Shown in pieces: positions 17,673 to 26,785 of a stretch of 64,000 nt of DNA. The stretch spans positions 192,001 through 256,000 of the forward strand of contig JAWLHY010000009.1 of NCBI GenBank assembly GCA_041690135.1, written 5' to 3'. A program made the translations under genes and the position numbers. Source of the stretch: Armatimonadota bacterium. GTDB taxonomy: Bacteria > Armatimonadota > SYMT01. Within the stretch, counting starts at the first letter, position 1. Each line of letters begins with the position of its first letter. The notes under the pieces were generated by a model, which saw only the letters and a program-made list of their open reading frames with translations, did no database searches and was not told the DNA's origin.

Positions 17673-19157
17673 TTGAGTATCGCAGCAACGAGTGGAACTG
17701 GAGTCCGGCGCAAAGCCCCGGGCAGCGGGACATCCGCCCAGGCGCCTACGGCCAAAGTGATCGGCGCCTTGCTACTGGGTGCGCTGCCGGCGTTGATCCT
17801 GGCGGTCATTGTTGCACGAGAGGGCTTCCGGCACCCGCTGGTGTTGCCGTTGGCCGTCGTCGTTTTTGCGGTCAACGCGGTCATCGTTGTTCAGGACATC
17901 CGCAACGGTGTTGCCCTCTTCATCCTGGCGGCAGGATTATCTCCAAAGCTTCCGGGTCTCTACGAAAACCTGCGGGTTGAGGACTTCATCTTCGTTGTAG
18001 TGTTCGGGTTGTGGTTGTTCCGGCAAACCCCTGCCACGCGCCTGGCGAATCTCCGCAGCCCCATCGTCCAGCCCTTTATCGTCCTGACGGTTGTGAGTCT
18101 GCTGTCGACCATTTGGGGTGCGGCGCTAGGAAGGGTTCCGGACCTGGCTTACTCCGCACTGCTGCAGTTCAAACGGGTGGAGTACTTCCTGATTTTCTGG
18201 GTGGTTGCGACCACGGTCAAGAGCGAGCAGTGGCTGCGCATCCTGACGCTGCTCTTTGTGTTTAGCGGCGCGGGATGCGCGATGTACGGGTTCTTAAATC
18301 CTTCCGTGCCCGACTACACCAGCGCCGGCGAGACCCGGGTGGTTGGTCCGGAAGGGGAGAACTACAACACCCTCTCGGGCTACCTGGTGGTCTGCATCGG
18401 CGCCGGCGTGGGCGTGCTTCCAGATTTTCGTAAGGGTTTTGCGCGCCTGCTTTTGATCGCCTCGATCTCCCTGGCGGCGCTCGGGGTGTTGTTCAGCTTC
18501 TCCCGGGAGGGGCTGATCATGTTAATGGGCGCTCTCTTGTTCTTCGGCTTCACCCGCTATCGGATACTCCTGATCGCCGCGGCGGTCGCCTTCGTCGTGG
18601 CCCTCGGGGTGGCCGACCCCGTCCGGGAGAACCTGTCCGAGACCTTCAATCTGATCCAGAATTCCCGCGAGGCGGATCCGGGTGCCAACTCGCTTACCGC
18701 CCGGTACCGCGCGTGGGAGTATCGCTGGAACGGCTGGTTTGTGCAGCAGCCTCTGTTCGGCAACGGCGTCGGTTCCGTTGCACTTTCTGTCGACAACGAG
18801 TACTTGCTGCGTGCCTGTGAGACGGGCATTTTGGGATTTGGGGTCTTCATCTGGTGGCTTACCGCAATCGGCAAGCAGGTCGTGATCTTGCGTCGCAAGA
18901 AAGGGCTTGTGCAAACGATGTCGTTCGGGCTGGCATCGGGATTCGTGGGACTTCTCATCCAGGCGCTCGTTGCCTGCTCGTTCACCACTATCCGCACCAT
19001 GGAGGCCTTCTGGTTCTGGTTGGGGTTGGTAGCCGCCGCCAACCTGATTCAGACGCGTGCAGATCGCGAGGCCGCGGAGGCGCAGCGGCGGGCGGAAGAA
19101 CTGGCATCCAAGCAGAGCGCCACTCCGCGCCGGCGAGTTCCTTCCGTCGGTTGGTAG
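17673..19157 (+). CDS. O-antigen ligase / Wzy polymerase family protein (copy 1)
   Basis: Multi-TM; NYNTLSGYL, FSFSREG, PLFGNGVG, DNEYL (Wzy_C pattern); TTG start 17673 has a GGGGAG RBS (alternative 17646). Confidence 0.85.
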   Translation: MSIAATSGTGVRRKAPGSGTSAQAPTAKVIGALLLGALPALILAVIVAREGFRHPLVLPLAVVVFAVNAVIVVQDIRNGVALFILAAGLSPKLPGLYENLRVEDFIFVVVFGLWLFRQTPATRLANLRSPIVQPFIVLTVVSLLSTIWGAALGRVPDLAYSALLQFKRVEYFLIFWVVATTVKSEQWLRILTLLFVFSGAGCAMYGFLNPSVPDYTSAGETRVVGPEGENYNTLSGYLVVCIGAGVGVLPDFRKGFARLLLIASISLAALGVLFSFSREGLIMLMGALLFFGFTRYRILLIAAAVAFVVALGVADPVRENLSETFNLIQNSREADPGANSLTARYRAWEYRWNGWFVQQPLFGNGVGSVALSVDNEYLLRACETGILGFGVFIWWLTAIGKQVVILRRKKGLVQTMSFGLASGFVGLLIQALVACSFTTIRTMEAFWFWLGLVAAANLIQTRADREAAEAQRRAEELASKQSATPRRRVPSVGW

Positions 19158-19241
19158 GCCATGGCGACGCCCTTCCTAACCGCCGCTCTAACCGGGCGGG
19201 TCGGCACCTTCCGGCCGTCCACAACCTCAAAGTAACGCCAC

Positions 19242-20654
19242 GTGGTAGCCTTCACTTCTGATGGGATCCGGCGGTTTCGCCGCGCGCCGGTCGCCACGGC
19301 GCTACTGTGGATAGCAGCGCCCACCGCACTCCTTGCCGTGGGCCTCGCCCTCGGTGGTACCCGCGATCAGAGCGGTTTCGAGCCGTGGGAGGTGGTGTTC
19401 GTCCTGGTAGCCTGGCTGGCCGTGACCCTGGCAACTGTCATCGATTTGCGATGGGGGCTCGGCGCCTTCGTTTTGGCAGCCGGAATCTCCCCGGAGATTC
19501 CCCTCCTCAACTACACGGTGCGGTTCGAAGATTTCATTTTTGTCCCGGTGCTGACCTGTTGGGCGATGACGTGGTTCCGGCGCCGGCGAATGCCACCGGT
19601 TCATCCCCTGTTGATCTGGCCGATTCTGGCGGGCCTGGCGGTGAGCGTGTTGGCCACGGTGCGCGGCGCGCACCTCGGGCTGCTGCCCGACCCGGTCTTC
19701 TCCTGGCTGGTGCTTGCCAAGCGGGTCGAGTATTTTCTGATCTTCTGGGTGGTGGCCACCAGCATTGATGAGGAGCGGAGTGCGCGCGCACTGGTGCACT
19801 GCCTGCTGGTGGGCGCCGTGCTGTCGGCCGCCTACGGTTTGATGGTGCCGGGAGAGTGGGGCGGCGAGTCGCGAATCTTTGCCGAACGTCGGGTGTTCGG
19901 TCCCGCCGGTGAGAATTACAACACGCTGAGCGGCTACCTGGTTGTTGCCATGTGTCTCGGCCTGGCGCTTTTCCCCACGTTTTCCGATCGTCGGGAACGC
20001 GTTTGGATCGGCGGAGCGGTTCTCCTTTCCGCGGTGGGGGTCTTGCTGAGTTTCTCGCGCGAGGGTCTCATCGTACTGGTGGTGGCACTGGTCATTATCT
20101 CGGCTATGGCTGCCGTCCACCGGTTCCGGAGCATCCTGGTGCTGGCACTCGCGATCGTGCTTCTGGTGGGCGTGGTTCCGCCAGTGCGGGACAACGCGAC
20201 CTACACCGTGACCCTCATCCAACGCGCGGCGGTGGATGCTCCGACGCAGAACTCCCTGGCGGCCCGTTATCAAACTTGGGCCTATCGCTGGAATGGTTGG
20301 GTGCGTCGCGAGCCGATTATAGGGAGTGGCGTTGGCTGTGTCGCCCTCTCGGCGGACAACGAGTATCTCCTTCGTGCGTGTGAGACCGGCTTCGTCGGGC
20401 TTGCCACCTTCGCCTGGCTTCTTGCAGCCGTGGGCGCACTGATCCGCCGCGAACTGAACAAGCCCGGGTGGTCGCATTACCTGGCGTGGGGAATGGCTGC
20501 CGCGTTCGCCGCACTACTCGTTCAGGCCACCGTTGCCGTTTCCTTCACAACGATCCGCACAATGGAACCGTTTTGGTTCGCCCTCGGTTTGCTCGCGGCG
20601 CTGGCTGTGCCGCAGTCGTCTTTCCCAGGAAAGCAAAAGAAATGCGCGTCTTGA
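19242..20654 (+). CDS. O-antigen ligase / Wzy polymerase family protein (copy 2)
   Basis: Same motifs as copy 1 (GENYNTLSGYLVV, SFSREGLI, RWNGW, DNEYLLRACETG); start uncertain. Confidence 0.85.
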   Translation: MVAFTSDGIRRFRRAPVATALLWIAAPTALLAVGLALGGTRDQSGFEPWEVVFVLVAWLAVTLATVIDLRWGLGAFVLAAGISPEIPLLNYTVRFEDFIFVPVLTCWAMTWFRRRRMPPVHPLLIWPILAGLAVSVLATVRGAHLGLLPDPVFSWLVLAKRVEYFLIFWVVATSIDEERSARALVHCLLVGAVLSAAYGLMVPGEWGGESRIFAERRVFGPAGENYNTLSGYLVVAMCLGLALFPTFSDRRERVWIGGAVLLSAVGVLLSFSREGLIVLVVALVIISAMAAVHRFRSILVLALAIVLLVGVVPPVRDNATYTVTLIQRAAVDAPTQNSLAARYQTWAYRWNGWVRREPIIGSGVGCVALSADNEYLLRACETGFVGLATFAWLLAAVGALIRRELNKPGWSHYLAWGMAAAFAALLVQATVAVSFTTIRTMEPFWFALGLLAALAVPQSSFPGKQKKCAS

Positions 20655-21658
20655 TCACGGGGGGTGCCGGTTTCATCGGTACCAATCTAGCGGATGCCCT
20701 CTGCCGGCAGGGTCACCAGGTCACCGTCTACGACAACCTTTCCCGCCGGGGGGTGGAGAGCAATGCCCGCTGGCTGCGTCAGGAACATCCTCAACTCGAA
20801 TTCATCGAGGGCGACGTGCGCAATGTCGCCGACCTGGAGAGCGCATGCCGCGGAGTACAGCAGGTTTACCACCTCGCCGCGCAGGTGGCGGTGACCACCT
20901 CCGTGCAGGATCCGCGTTCCGACTTCGATGTCAATCTGCTCGGCACCTTGAACCTGCTGGAAGCGGTCCGGCGAGGCGCGCCGGAAGCACCCGTGTTTTA
21001 CACTTCCACCAATAAGGTGTACGGCGGCATGGAAGATCTTCCGGTCGAATTGCAGGGGGAGCGATATGCCTATGCCACCCTGCCCGAAGGCGTTTCCGAA
21101 CAGCGACCCCTCGACTTCCATTCCCCTTACGGCTGCTCCAAAGGCGGAGCCGACCAGTACGTGCGGGACTACGCTCGTATCTATGGCCTGCGCACGGTGG
21201 TCTTCCGCATGTCCTGCATCTATGGCCCCCATCAGTGCGGGAACGAAGATCAGGGTTGGGTCGCCCATTTTGCTCGCTGCGCCCTCCAGGGTGCGGGTGT
21301 GAACATCTACGGGGACGGCAAGCAGGTGCGCGACATTCTTTACGTCGAGGATCTCGTCCGTGCATTCCGGATGGCGGCGGAAGCGATCGATCGCACGGCC
21401 GGCCACGTGTACAACATCGGCGGCGGGCCCGAAAACACGGTTTCTCTGCTGGAGCTCCTCTCCGTGCTGGAAGAACTGTGCGGGCACAGCATTCCCCGCT
21501 CCTTCTCGGACTGGCGGCCGGGCGACCAGCGGATCTATGTCACCAACGTGCAGAGCGCCTGCAACGACTTCGGCTGGCATCCGGAAGTATCGCGCTTGGA
21601 GGGGATCAGCCGCCTATTCCAGTGGCTGAAATCCGCTGAGCGGGTGTTGGTGGGATAA
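20642..21658 (+). CDS. NAD-dependent epimerase, CDP-paratose/tyvelose 2-epimerase-like
   Basis: LITGGAGFIG, DNLSRRG, HLAAQVAVTTS, STNKVYG, SPYGCSKG, DQGWVAHF. Confidence 0.85.
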   Translation: MRVLITGGAGFIGTNLADALCRQGHQVTVYDNLSRRGVESNARWLRQEHPQLEFIEGDVRNVADLESACRGVQQVYHLAAQVAVTTSVQDPRSDFDVNLLGTLNLLEAVRRGAPEAPVFYTSTNKVYGGMEDLPVELQGERYAYATLPEGVSEQRPLDFHSPYGCSKGGADQYVRDYARIYGLRTVVFRMSCIYGPHQCGNEDQGWVAHFARCALQGAGVNIYGDGKQVRDILYVEDLVRAFRMAAEAIDRTAGHVYNIGGGPENTVSLLELLSVLEELCGHSIPRSFSDWRPGDQRIYVTNVQSACNDFGWHPEVSRLEGISRLFQWLKSAERVLVG

Positions 21659-21671
21659 AGGGGAGGGTCGG

Positions 21672-22538
21672 ATGAGCGTGATTGAAGAACCCGCGTCCAT
21701 GCCGTTACAGCCGAGTCCGGTGGCGGTGACGCGCATCCGGCCGCAACAGGGGCTACTGGGTCTGGACCTCCACGGTATTTGGGAGTACCGGGAACTGCTC
21801 TACTTCTTGATCTGGAGAGATCTCAAGGTCAGGTACAAGCAGACAATTCTGGGGTTCGCCTGGGCGATCATTCCGCCGATCGCGCGGGTGCTGTTGTTCA
21901 CCATCATCTTCGGCCGTTTCATCAAGACACCGACCGAGGGCGTGCCGTATCCGCTTTTTGCATATGCGGCGCTGCTGCCCTGGAGCCTGTTCTCCGGAGC
22001 CGTCAATCGTTCCGGGACCAGCCTCGTCCAGAGTGCGGGCCTGATCTCCAAGGTGTATTTTCCACGCCTGGTCGTCCCTCTCTCCGCCGCTCTCGGTGCC
22101 CTCGCGGACTTTGCCATCTCACTCTTGGTGCTCGCCGGTTTGATGGTGATCTTCGGATATGTTCCCACCGCCGCCATGCTCACCCTGCCTCTCTGGGCCG
22201 GGCTCGCCCTGGCGTTGGGGTTCGGTGTGGGCCTGGGGCTCTCCGCAGTCAATGTTCGGTTCCGCGACGTGACCTTCGTGATGACACTTCTGGTGGAACT
22301 CTGGATGTATGCTTCCCCGGTCGTCTACTCGCTGGAAGTCGTGCCGGAACAGTATCGCTTCTGGTATGACCTCAACCCAATGGTCGGCTGCATCCAGGGT
22401 TTTCGCTGGGCTATTCTCCAATCCGCCACCCAAGTGGATGTGCCGTGGATTCCCGCGGTGGCACTGACCGGTGTCATTCTTGTCGCGGCGACCTTCTACT
22501 TCAATCAGGTAGAGCGTTCCTTCGCGGATGTTATTTGA
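21672..22538 (+). CDS. wzm: Polysaccharide ABC transporter permease
   Basis: YRELLYFLIWRDLKVRYKQTILG, LISKVYFPR, FRDV, SPVVY, LNPM. Confidence 0.92.
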   Translation: MSVIEEPASMPLQPSPVAVTRIRPQQGLLGLDLHGIWEYRELLYFLIWRDLKVRYKQTILGFAWAIIPPIARVLLFTIIFGRFIKTPTEGVPYPLFAYAALLPWSLFSGAVNRSGTSLVQSAGLISKVYFPRLVVPLSAALGALADFAISLLVLAGLMVIFGYVPTAAMLTLPLWAGLALALGFGVGLGLSAVNVRFRDVTFVMTLLVELWMYASPVVYSLEVVPEQYRFWYDLNPMVGCIQGFRWAILQSATQVDVPWIPAVALTGVILVAATFYFNQVERSFADVI

Positions 22539-22570
22539 CGCGGATGTCATTTGACGCGCATGTTATCTGA
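22523..22570 (+). repeat. Three imperfect 16-bp tandem repeats across the wzm stop codon
   Basis: cgcggatgttatttga / cgcggatgtcatttga / cgcgcatgttatctga. Confidence 0.85.
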
Positions 22571-22582
22571 TCGGTTAAGCAT

Positions 22583-23848
22583 ATGAGCGAACTGGCAATC
22601 CGTGTGGACGGACTGAGTAAACAGTACCGGATCGGCATCGGTCCCGATCGGTCCGCCAACCTGCAAGAAGCTTTGCTGCGCGCCATCACCGGCCCGGTCC
22701 GCAGGCTCCGAGACGGGAAGCGGAGCAACCAGGAAGAGGTTCTGTGGGCGCTGCGCGACGTTTCCTTCGACCTGCGACAGGGAGAGGTACTCGGGGTCAT
22801 CGGGCGCAACGGGGCCGGCAAGAGCACCCTGCTCAAGATCCTTTCCCGGATCACGGGGCCGACCAGCGGTGAAGTGGAAGTGCGGGGCCGACTGGCTTCG
22901 TTGCTGGAAGTCGGAACCGGATTCCATCCGGAACTTACCGGCCGCGAGAACATTTTCCTGAACGGCGCGATGCTCGGCATGCGGCGGCGCGAGATCAGCC
23001 AGAAGTTCGACGCCATCGTCGATTTCTCGGGAGTGGAGCGCTTCCTGGAAACGCCGGTCAAGCGGTACTCCAGCGGCATGTATATGCGACTCGCCTTTGC
23101 TGTGGCGGCGCATCTGGAGCCGGAGGTCCTGGTGGTGGACGAAGTCCTGGCCGTGGGTGACCTGAGCTTCCAGAAGAAGTGTCTCGGCAAGATGGGAGAG
23201 GTCGCTCGGGCCGGTCGCACCGTGTTGTTCGTCAGCCATCAGATGAACGCCGTACGCCGGCTTTGTCATCGCTGCCTCTGGCTGGAGCAGGGCCAGGTGC
23301 GAATGTTGGGGGACACCGCACACGTTGTCAGCTTTTACGAGGCCGCGGCGACGGCCACGAGCGATAGTGCCGACGGCACGCGCAACGGGGGACCCGCGCG
23401 GTTTCTGCGCTGGGAAATTCGGGGAGCGGACCCGGATGAGCCCAATGTCCTGCGCCGCGACGGCAACACGGAACTCGTGTTGCACGTTCAAGTCAACCGG
23501 CCTATCCGTTTCGGCGAGCACGGCATCGCCCTCTTCAACGGCGACGGTCAGTTGATGTGGGCCAACGCGGCACGGAACCTGCACCTGGAGCCCGGACACC
23601 ACGAAATCTGCCACGCCGTACCGTACCTACCTCTGCGTCCGGGAAGCTATTCGCTGCAGGTTAGCATCTACGAAGACCGAGAATTGCTCGATTTCTGGCA
23701 CGCCACACCGGAACTCATCCTGGCCACCCCGCCGTGCGGGCATCCCTCGGATGAGTGGGCAGGTGTGCTCAACCTCCCCGCAGAGGTTCGAATCACTTCA
23801 AAGGCGCCGGCGGTGTCCGACGCGGAGCAGGTGCTGCTGCAAACTTGA
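22583..23848 (+). CDS. wzt: Polysaccharide ABC transporter ATPase with C-terminal Wzt_C carbohydrate-binding domain
   Basis: GRNGAGKST, YSSGM signature, VVDEVLAVGD, VSH; about 170 aa C-terminal extension. Confidence 0.93.
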   Translation: MSELAIRVDGLSKQYRIGIGPDRSANLQEALLRAITGPVRRLRDGKRSNQEEVLWALRDVSFDLRQGEVLGVIGRNGAGKSTLLKILSRITGPTSGEVEVRGRLASLLEVGTGFHPELTGRENIFLNGAMLGMRRREISQKFDAIVDFSGVERFLETPVKRYSSGMYMRLAFAVAAHLEPEVLVVDEVLAVGDLSFQKKCLGKMGEVARAGRTVLFVSHQMNAVRRLCHRCLWLEQGQVRMLGDTAHVVSFYEAAATATSDSADGTRNGGPARFLRWEIRGADPDEPNVLRRDGNTELVLHVQVNRPIRFGEHGIALFNGDGQLMWANAARNLHLEPGHHEICHAVPYLPLRPGSYSLQVSIYEDRELLDFWHATPELILATPPCGHPSDEWAGVLNLPAEVRITSKAPAVSDAEQVLLQT

Positions 23849-23923
23849 GAGGCACCCTACCGCGTCTCCGCCCAGTCGTCCGCAATCGTTTTCCCGTCCA
23901 GCATTCCACCGGAGTCCACAACC

Positions 23924-24721
23924 ATGCCTGATCCATCCGTTTTCGATTATCCTGGCGCCCTTTCGATTAACGCCGCGCGCCAGGACTGGGTGCGCTCGGT
24001 GCTCAAAGACCTCCAGCCCCGCCACCAGTACAAGACCGCGGCCGACATCGGTTGCGGTGTCGGGTACTTCTCCGGCTTCCTCAAAGATTTCGGCTATACG
24101 GTGCGCGGTTGGGACGCGAGAGAGGAGAACATCGAGGAAGCTCGCCGGCGCCACCCAGGGATCGAGTTCGACACGATTAACGTGGAAGACCAGAACTTCT
24201 CCCGGTTGGGCAAGAACGACCTGGTGCTGTGTTTCGGCTTGCTGTACCACCTGGAAAACCCCTTCCTGGCGGTGCGGAACCTTTACTCGATCACGGGTCA
24301 TACGCTGCTGGTGGAGTCGATGGTGGTGCCCTCCGACACTACCTCGGCGGTCCTGGCGGATGAGTGCCTGGGTGATAACCAGGGAGTGACCTATATGGCG
24401 CTCATTCCCTCGGAAAAGTGCCTGATCAAGATGCTGTACTGCGCGGGCTTCAAGAATGTATACGGCAGCCGGGTGATGCCCGATGACGTTAACTTCCGGC
24501 CCACCGAACGCTTCGTGCGGCGCCGAACGGTGCTGGTGGCTTCCGATCACGTGCTGGAATCCCCCTACCTCGAGCTGGCCGAGCGGCCGGTGCAGTGGCA
24601 TGAGCCGATCTGGCATCATCCGACTGCAACCACCCCGGCGCCGCTTCCGGTGCGTGCCTTGCGCCGTGTCAAGAATAGTGTGAGCTATCGCTTCCGCCGC
24701 TGGATGCCCGCGGAGAGATAA
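23924..24721 (+). CDS. Class I SAM-dependent methyltransferase
   Basis: ADIGCGVG, DLVLCFGLLYHLENP. Confidence 0.85.
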   Translation: MPDPSVFDYPGALSINAARQDWVRSVLKDLQPRHQYKTAADIGCGVGYFSGFLKDFGYTVRGWDAREENIEEARRRHPGIEFDTINVEDQNFSRLGKNDLVLCFGLLYHLENPFLAVRNLYSITGHTLLVESMVVPSDTTSAVLADECLGDNQGVTYMALIPSEKCLIKMLYCAGFKNVYGSRVMPDDVNFRPTERFVRRRTVLVASDHVLESPYLELAERPVQWHEPIWHHPTATTPAPLPVRALRRVKNSVSYRFRRWMPAER

Positions 24722-24842
24722 CTTCCCCCTTCCTGCCACAGGAAATGAGGAAGGTCATGCGGGCGAGAACTGCTTCCCGCGTAACGCAGCGCGAGTTCCC
24801 CCAAATCGCTTGACCGGTGACTGTTCGTATTGAGGAAAGCCC

Positions 24843-25691
24843 ATGTCAACATCCAGCAGTGCAGCCCCTGCCTCCATTGAGCAGGTGCGCGAGTTCTGGG
24901 ACCGCCGGCCATGCAACATCCGGCACTCCCCGGCTCCGGTCGGCACCCGTGAATACTTCGACCAGGTCGAGCAGCGGAAGTACTTCGTAGAGCCCCATAT
25001 TCCGGCGTTCGCTGATTTCGCCCGATGGAAGGGCAAGAAAGTGCTGGAAGTCGGCTGCGGGATCGGGACGGATACGATGAACTTCGCCCGGGCCGGCGCC
25101 CAAGTGACAGCGGTCGATCTTTCGTCCAGGTCCCTGGAGGTCGCCCGCAAACGAGCGGAGGTCTACGGTTTACAGGACCGGATCCAGTTCTATCAAGCGA
25201 ACGCGGAGAAACTGACCGACTACGTGCCAGTGGACCGCTACGACCTCGTATACTCGTTCGGAGTAATCCACCACACTCCGAACCCCAGTAACGTGTTGGA
25301 GCAGATCCGGGCCTACATGGGGCCGGAGTCGACCTTTAAGTCGATGGTGTACCATCATCATTCCTGGAAGGTGGCCTGGATCGTCACCAGCCTGGGCCAG
25401 TGCCAGTTCTGGAAAGCAAAGGACCTGATCGCCACGCACGCTGAAGCGGCCACAGGGTGCCCCATCGCTTACACCTACACTCGCGCCGGCGGCCGGAAGT
25501 GGTTGGAAGAGGCGGGCTTCACCGTAACAGACCAGTTCGTTGACCACATTTTCCCTTACCGCATCGCCGACTATGTCAAATACCAGTATGTCAAAAACTG
25601 GTACTTCCGCATCCTGCCCCAGCCCATGTTCCGCGCGCTGGAACGGAACTTCGGGTGGCATCTTTGCATGACCGCTCGCCTGGGCAAATGA
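24843..25691 (+). CDS. Class I SAM-dependent methyltransferase
   Basis: VLEVGCGIG, VDLS, YDLVYSFGVIHHTP. Confidence 0.88.
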   Translation: MSTSSSAAPASIEQVREFWDRRPCNIRHSPAPVGTREYFDQVEQRKYFVEPHIPAFADFARWKGKKVLEVGCGIGTDTMNFARAGAQVTAVDLSSRSLEVARKRAEVYGLQDRIQFYQANAEKLTDYVPVDRYDLVYSFGVIHHTPNPSNVLEQIRAYMGPESTFKSMVYHHHSWKVAWIVTSLGQCQFWKAKDLIATHAEAATGCPIAYTYTRAGGRKWLEEAGFTVTDQFVDHIFPYRIADYVKYQYVKNWYFRILPQPMFRALERNFGWHLCMTARLGK

Positions 25692-25722
25692 GCTTCTCCG
25701 ACTACCGCTACCGACTAAGGCC

Positions 25723-26658
25723 GTGACAGCACCCCTCATCACCCTGTTTACCGTCTGTAAGCCGTTTCATGGCCACATCCGGGTCATCCAGCGGAATGCG
25801 ATCGAGAGTTGGACGCACCTGCGACCGCATTGCGAGGTGATCCTCTTCGGCGACGAGGACGGGATGGCGGAAGCGGCGGCCGACTTCGGCGTGCGTCACG
25901 AGCCGGAGATCGGCAGGAACGAATTCGGCACGCCATTGATGCGAGACCTGTTTACGCGGGCGAAAGCCATGACGCAGAGCCCGTACCTCTGCTACATCAA
26001 TGGCGATATTATGCTGACCAGCGATTTCGTGCGTTCCGTGCAGCGGGTGAGCCCCCGCCGCGCGCTGGTGGCGGGACGTCGCTGGAACGTCGATATTACG
26101 GAGCGGTGGGAGTTTGACACCCCAGGCTGGGAAGACCGGTTGCTGCGCACGGTCCACGAGACAGGGAAGCTCTACGACGTCGCGGCCATCGACTACTTCG
26201 CGTTCCACCGGAGCATGTACGACAACATTCCGGAATTCGCGCTGGGGCGGACCGCTTTCGATAACTGGATGATCTACGGCGCGCGGGCGGCCGCCAGGCC
26301 GGTGATCGACGCCACGGAAGCCATCACGGCGATTCACCAGAATCACGACTACTCCCATCACCCGGGCGGGGCTCATTACCTGTGGAACGGTGAGGAAGCC
26401 CAGCGCAACCGGAAGTTGGCGGGGATCGATAACTGGGGCGACGCGTTTCTCTTCACCATGAAGGACGCGACTCACCGGATGTCCGGCCAGGGGATACGCC
26501 CCATCCTCACCCAGGAAGCGTACCAGCGCCATTGCGTCACGGCTCCGGTGCTGTATCCCTCTCTGCGTCCCTGGTTCCGGACCGTCAAAGAACTCAAAGG
26601 CGTGCGCAACGGAGTGATGAGGCGGTTGGGCCGGCTGGTGGCGCCGCGCGGCAAGTGA
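25723..26658 (+). CDS. Putative GT-A-fold glycosyltransferase
   Basis: QRNAIESW, YINGDIML (DxD-like), IDYFAF, DNW, HQNHDY; operon context. Confidence 0.65.
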   Translation: MTAPLITLFTVCKPFHGHIRVIQRNAIESWTHLRPHCEVILFGDEDGMAEAAADFGVRHEPEIGRNEFGTPLMRDLFTRAKAMTQSPYLCYINGDIMLTSDFVRSVQRVSPRRALVAGRRWNVDITERWEFDTPGWEDRLLRTVHETGKLYDVAAIDYFAFHRSMYDNIPEFALGRTAFDNWMIYGARAAARPVIDATEAITAIHQNHDYSHHPGGAHYLWNGEEAQRNRKLAGIDNWGDAFLFTMKDATHRMSGQGIRPILTQEAYQRHCVTAPVLYPSLRPWFRTVKELKGVRNGVMRRLGRLVAPRGK

Positions 26659-26785
26659 GAACGCATTTCTTTCGCCGTTCCGGGTTACGCCCTTGCAGAC
26701 CGGGACGGACGCTCCTCAGCTCCTGATCGAAGGGGCGGCGCGCGTACGGCGCCCCTGCGTCGGAGCAGTCCGAAAGGAACAGAGT

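Noticed and set aside
22523-22570. Possible CRISPR or iteron array
   Set aside because: Only three directly abutting 16-bp units, with no spacers and no cas or rep gene.
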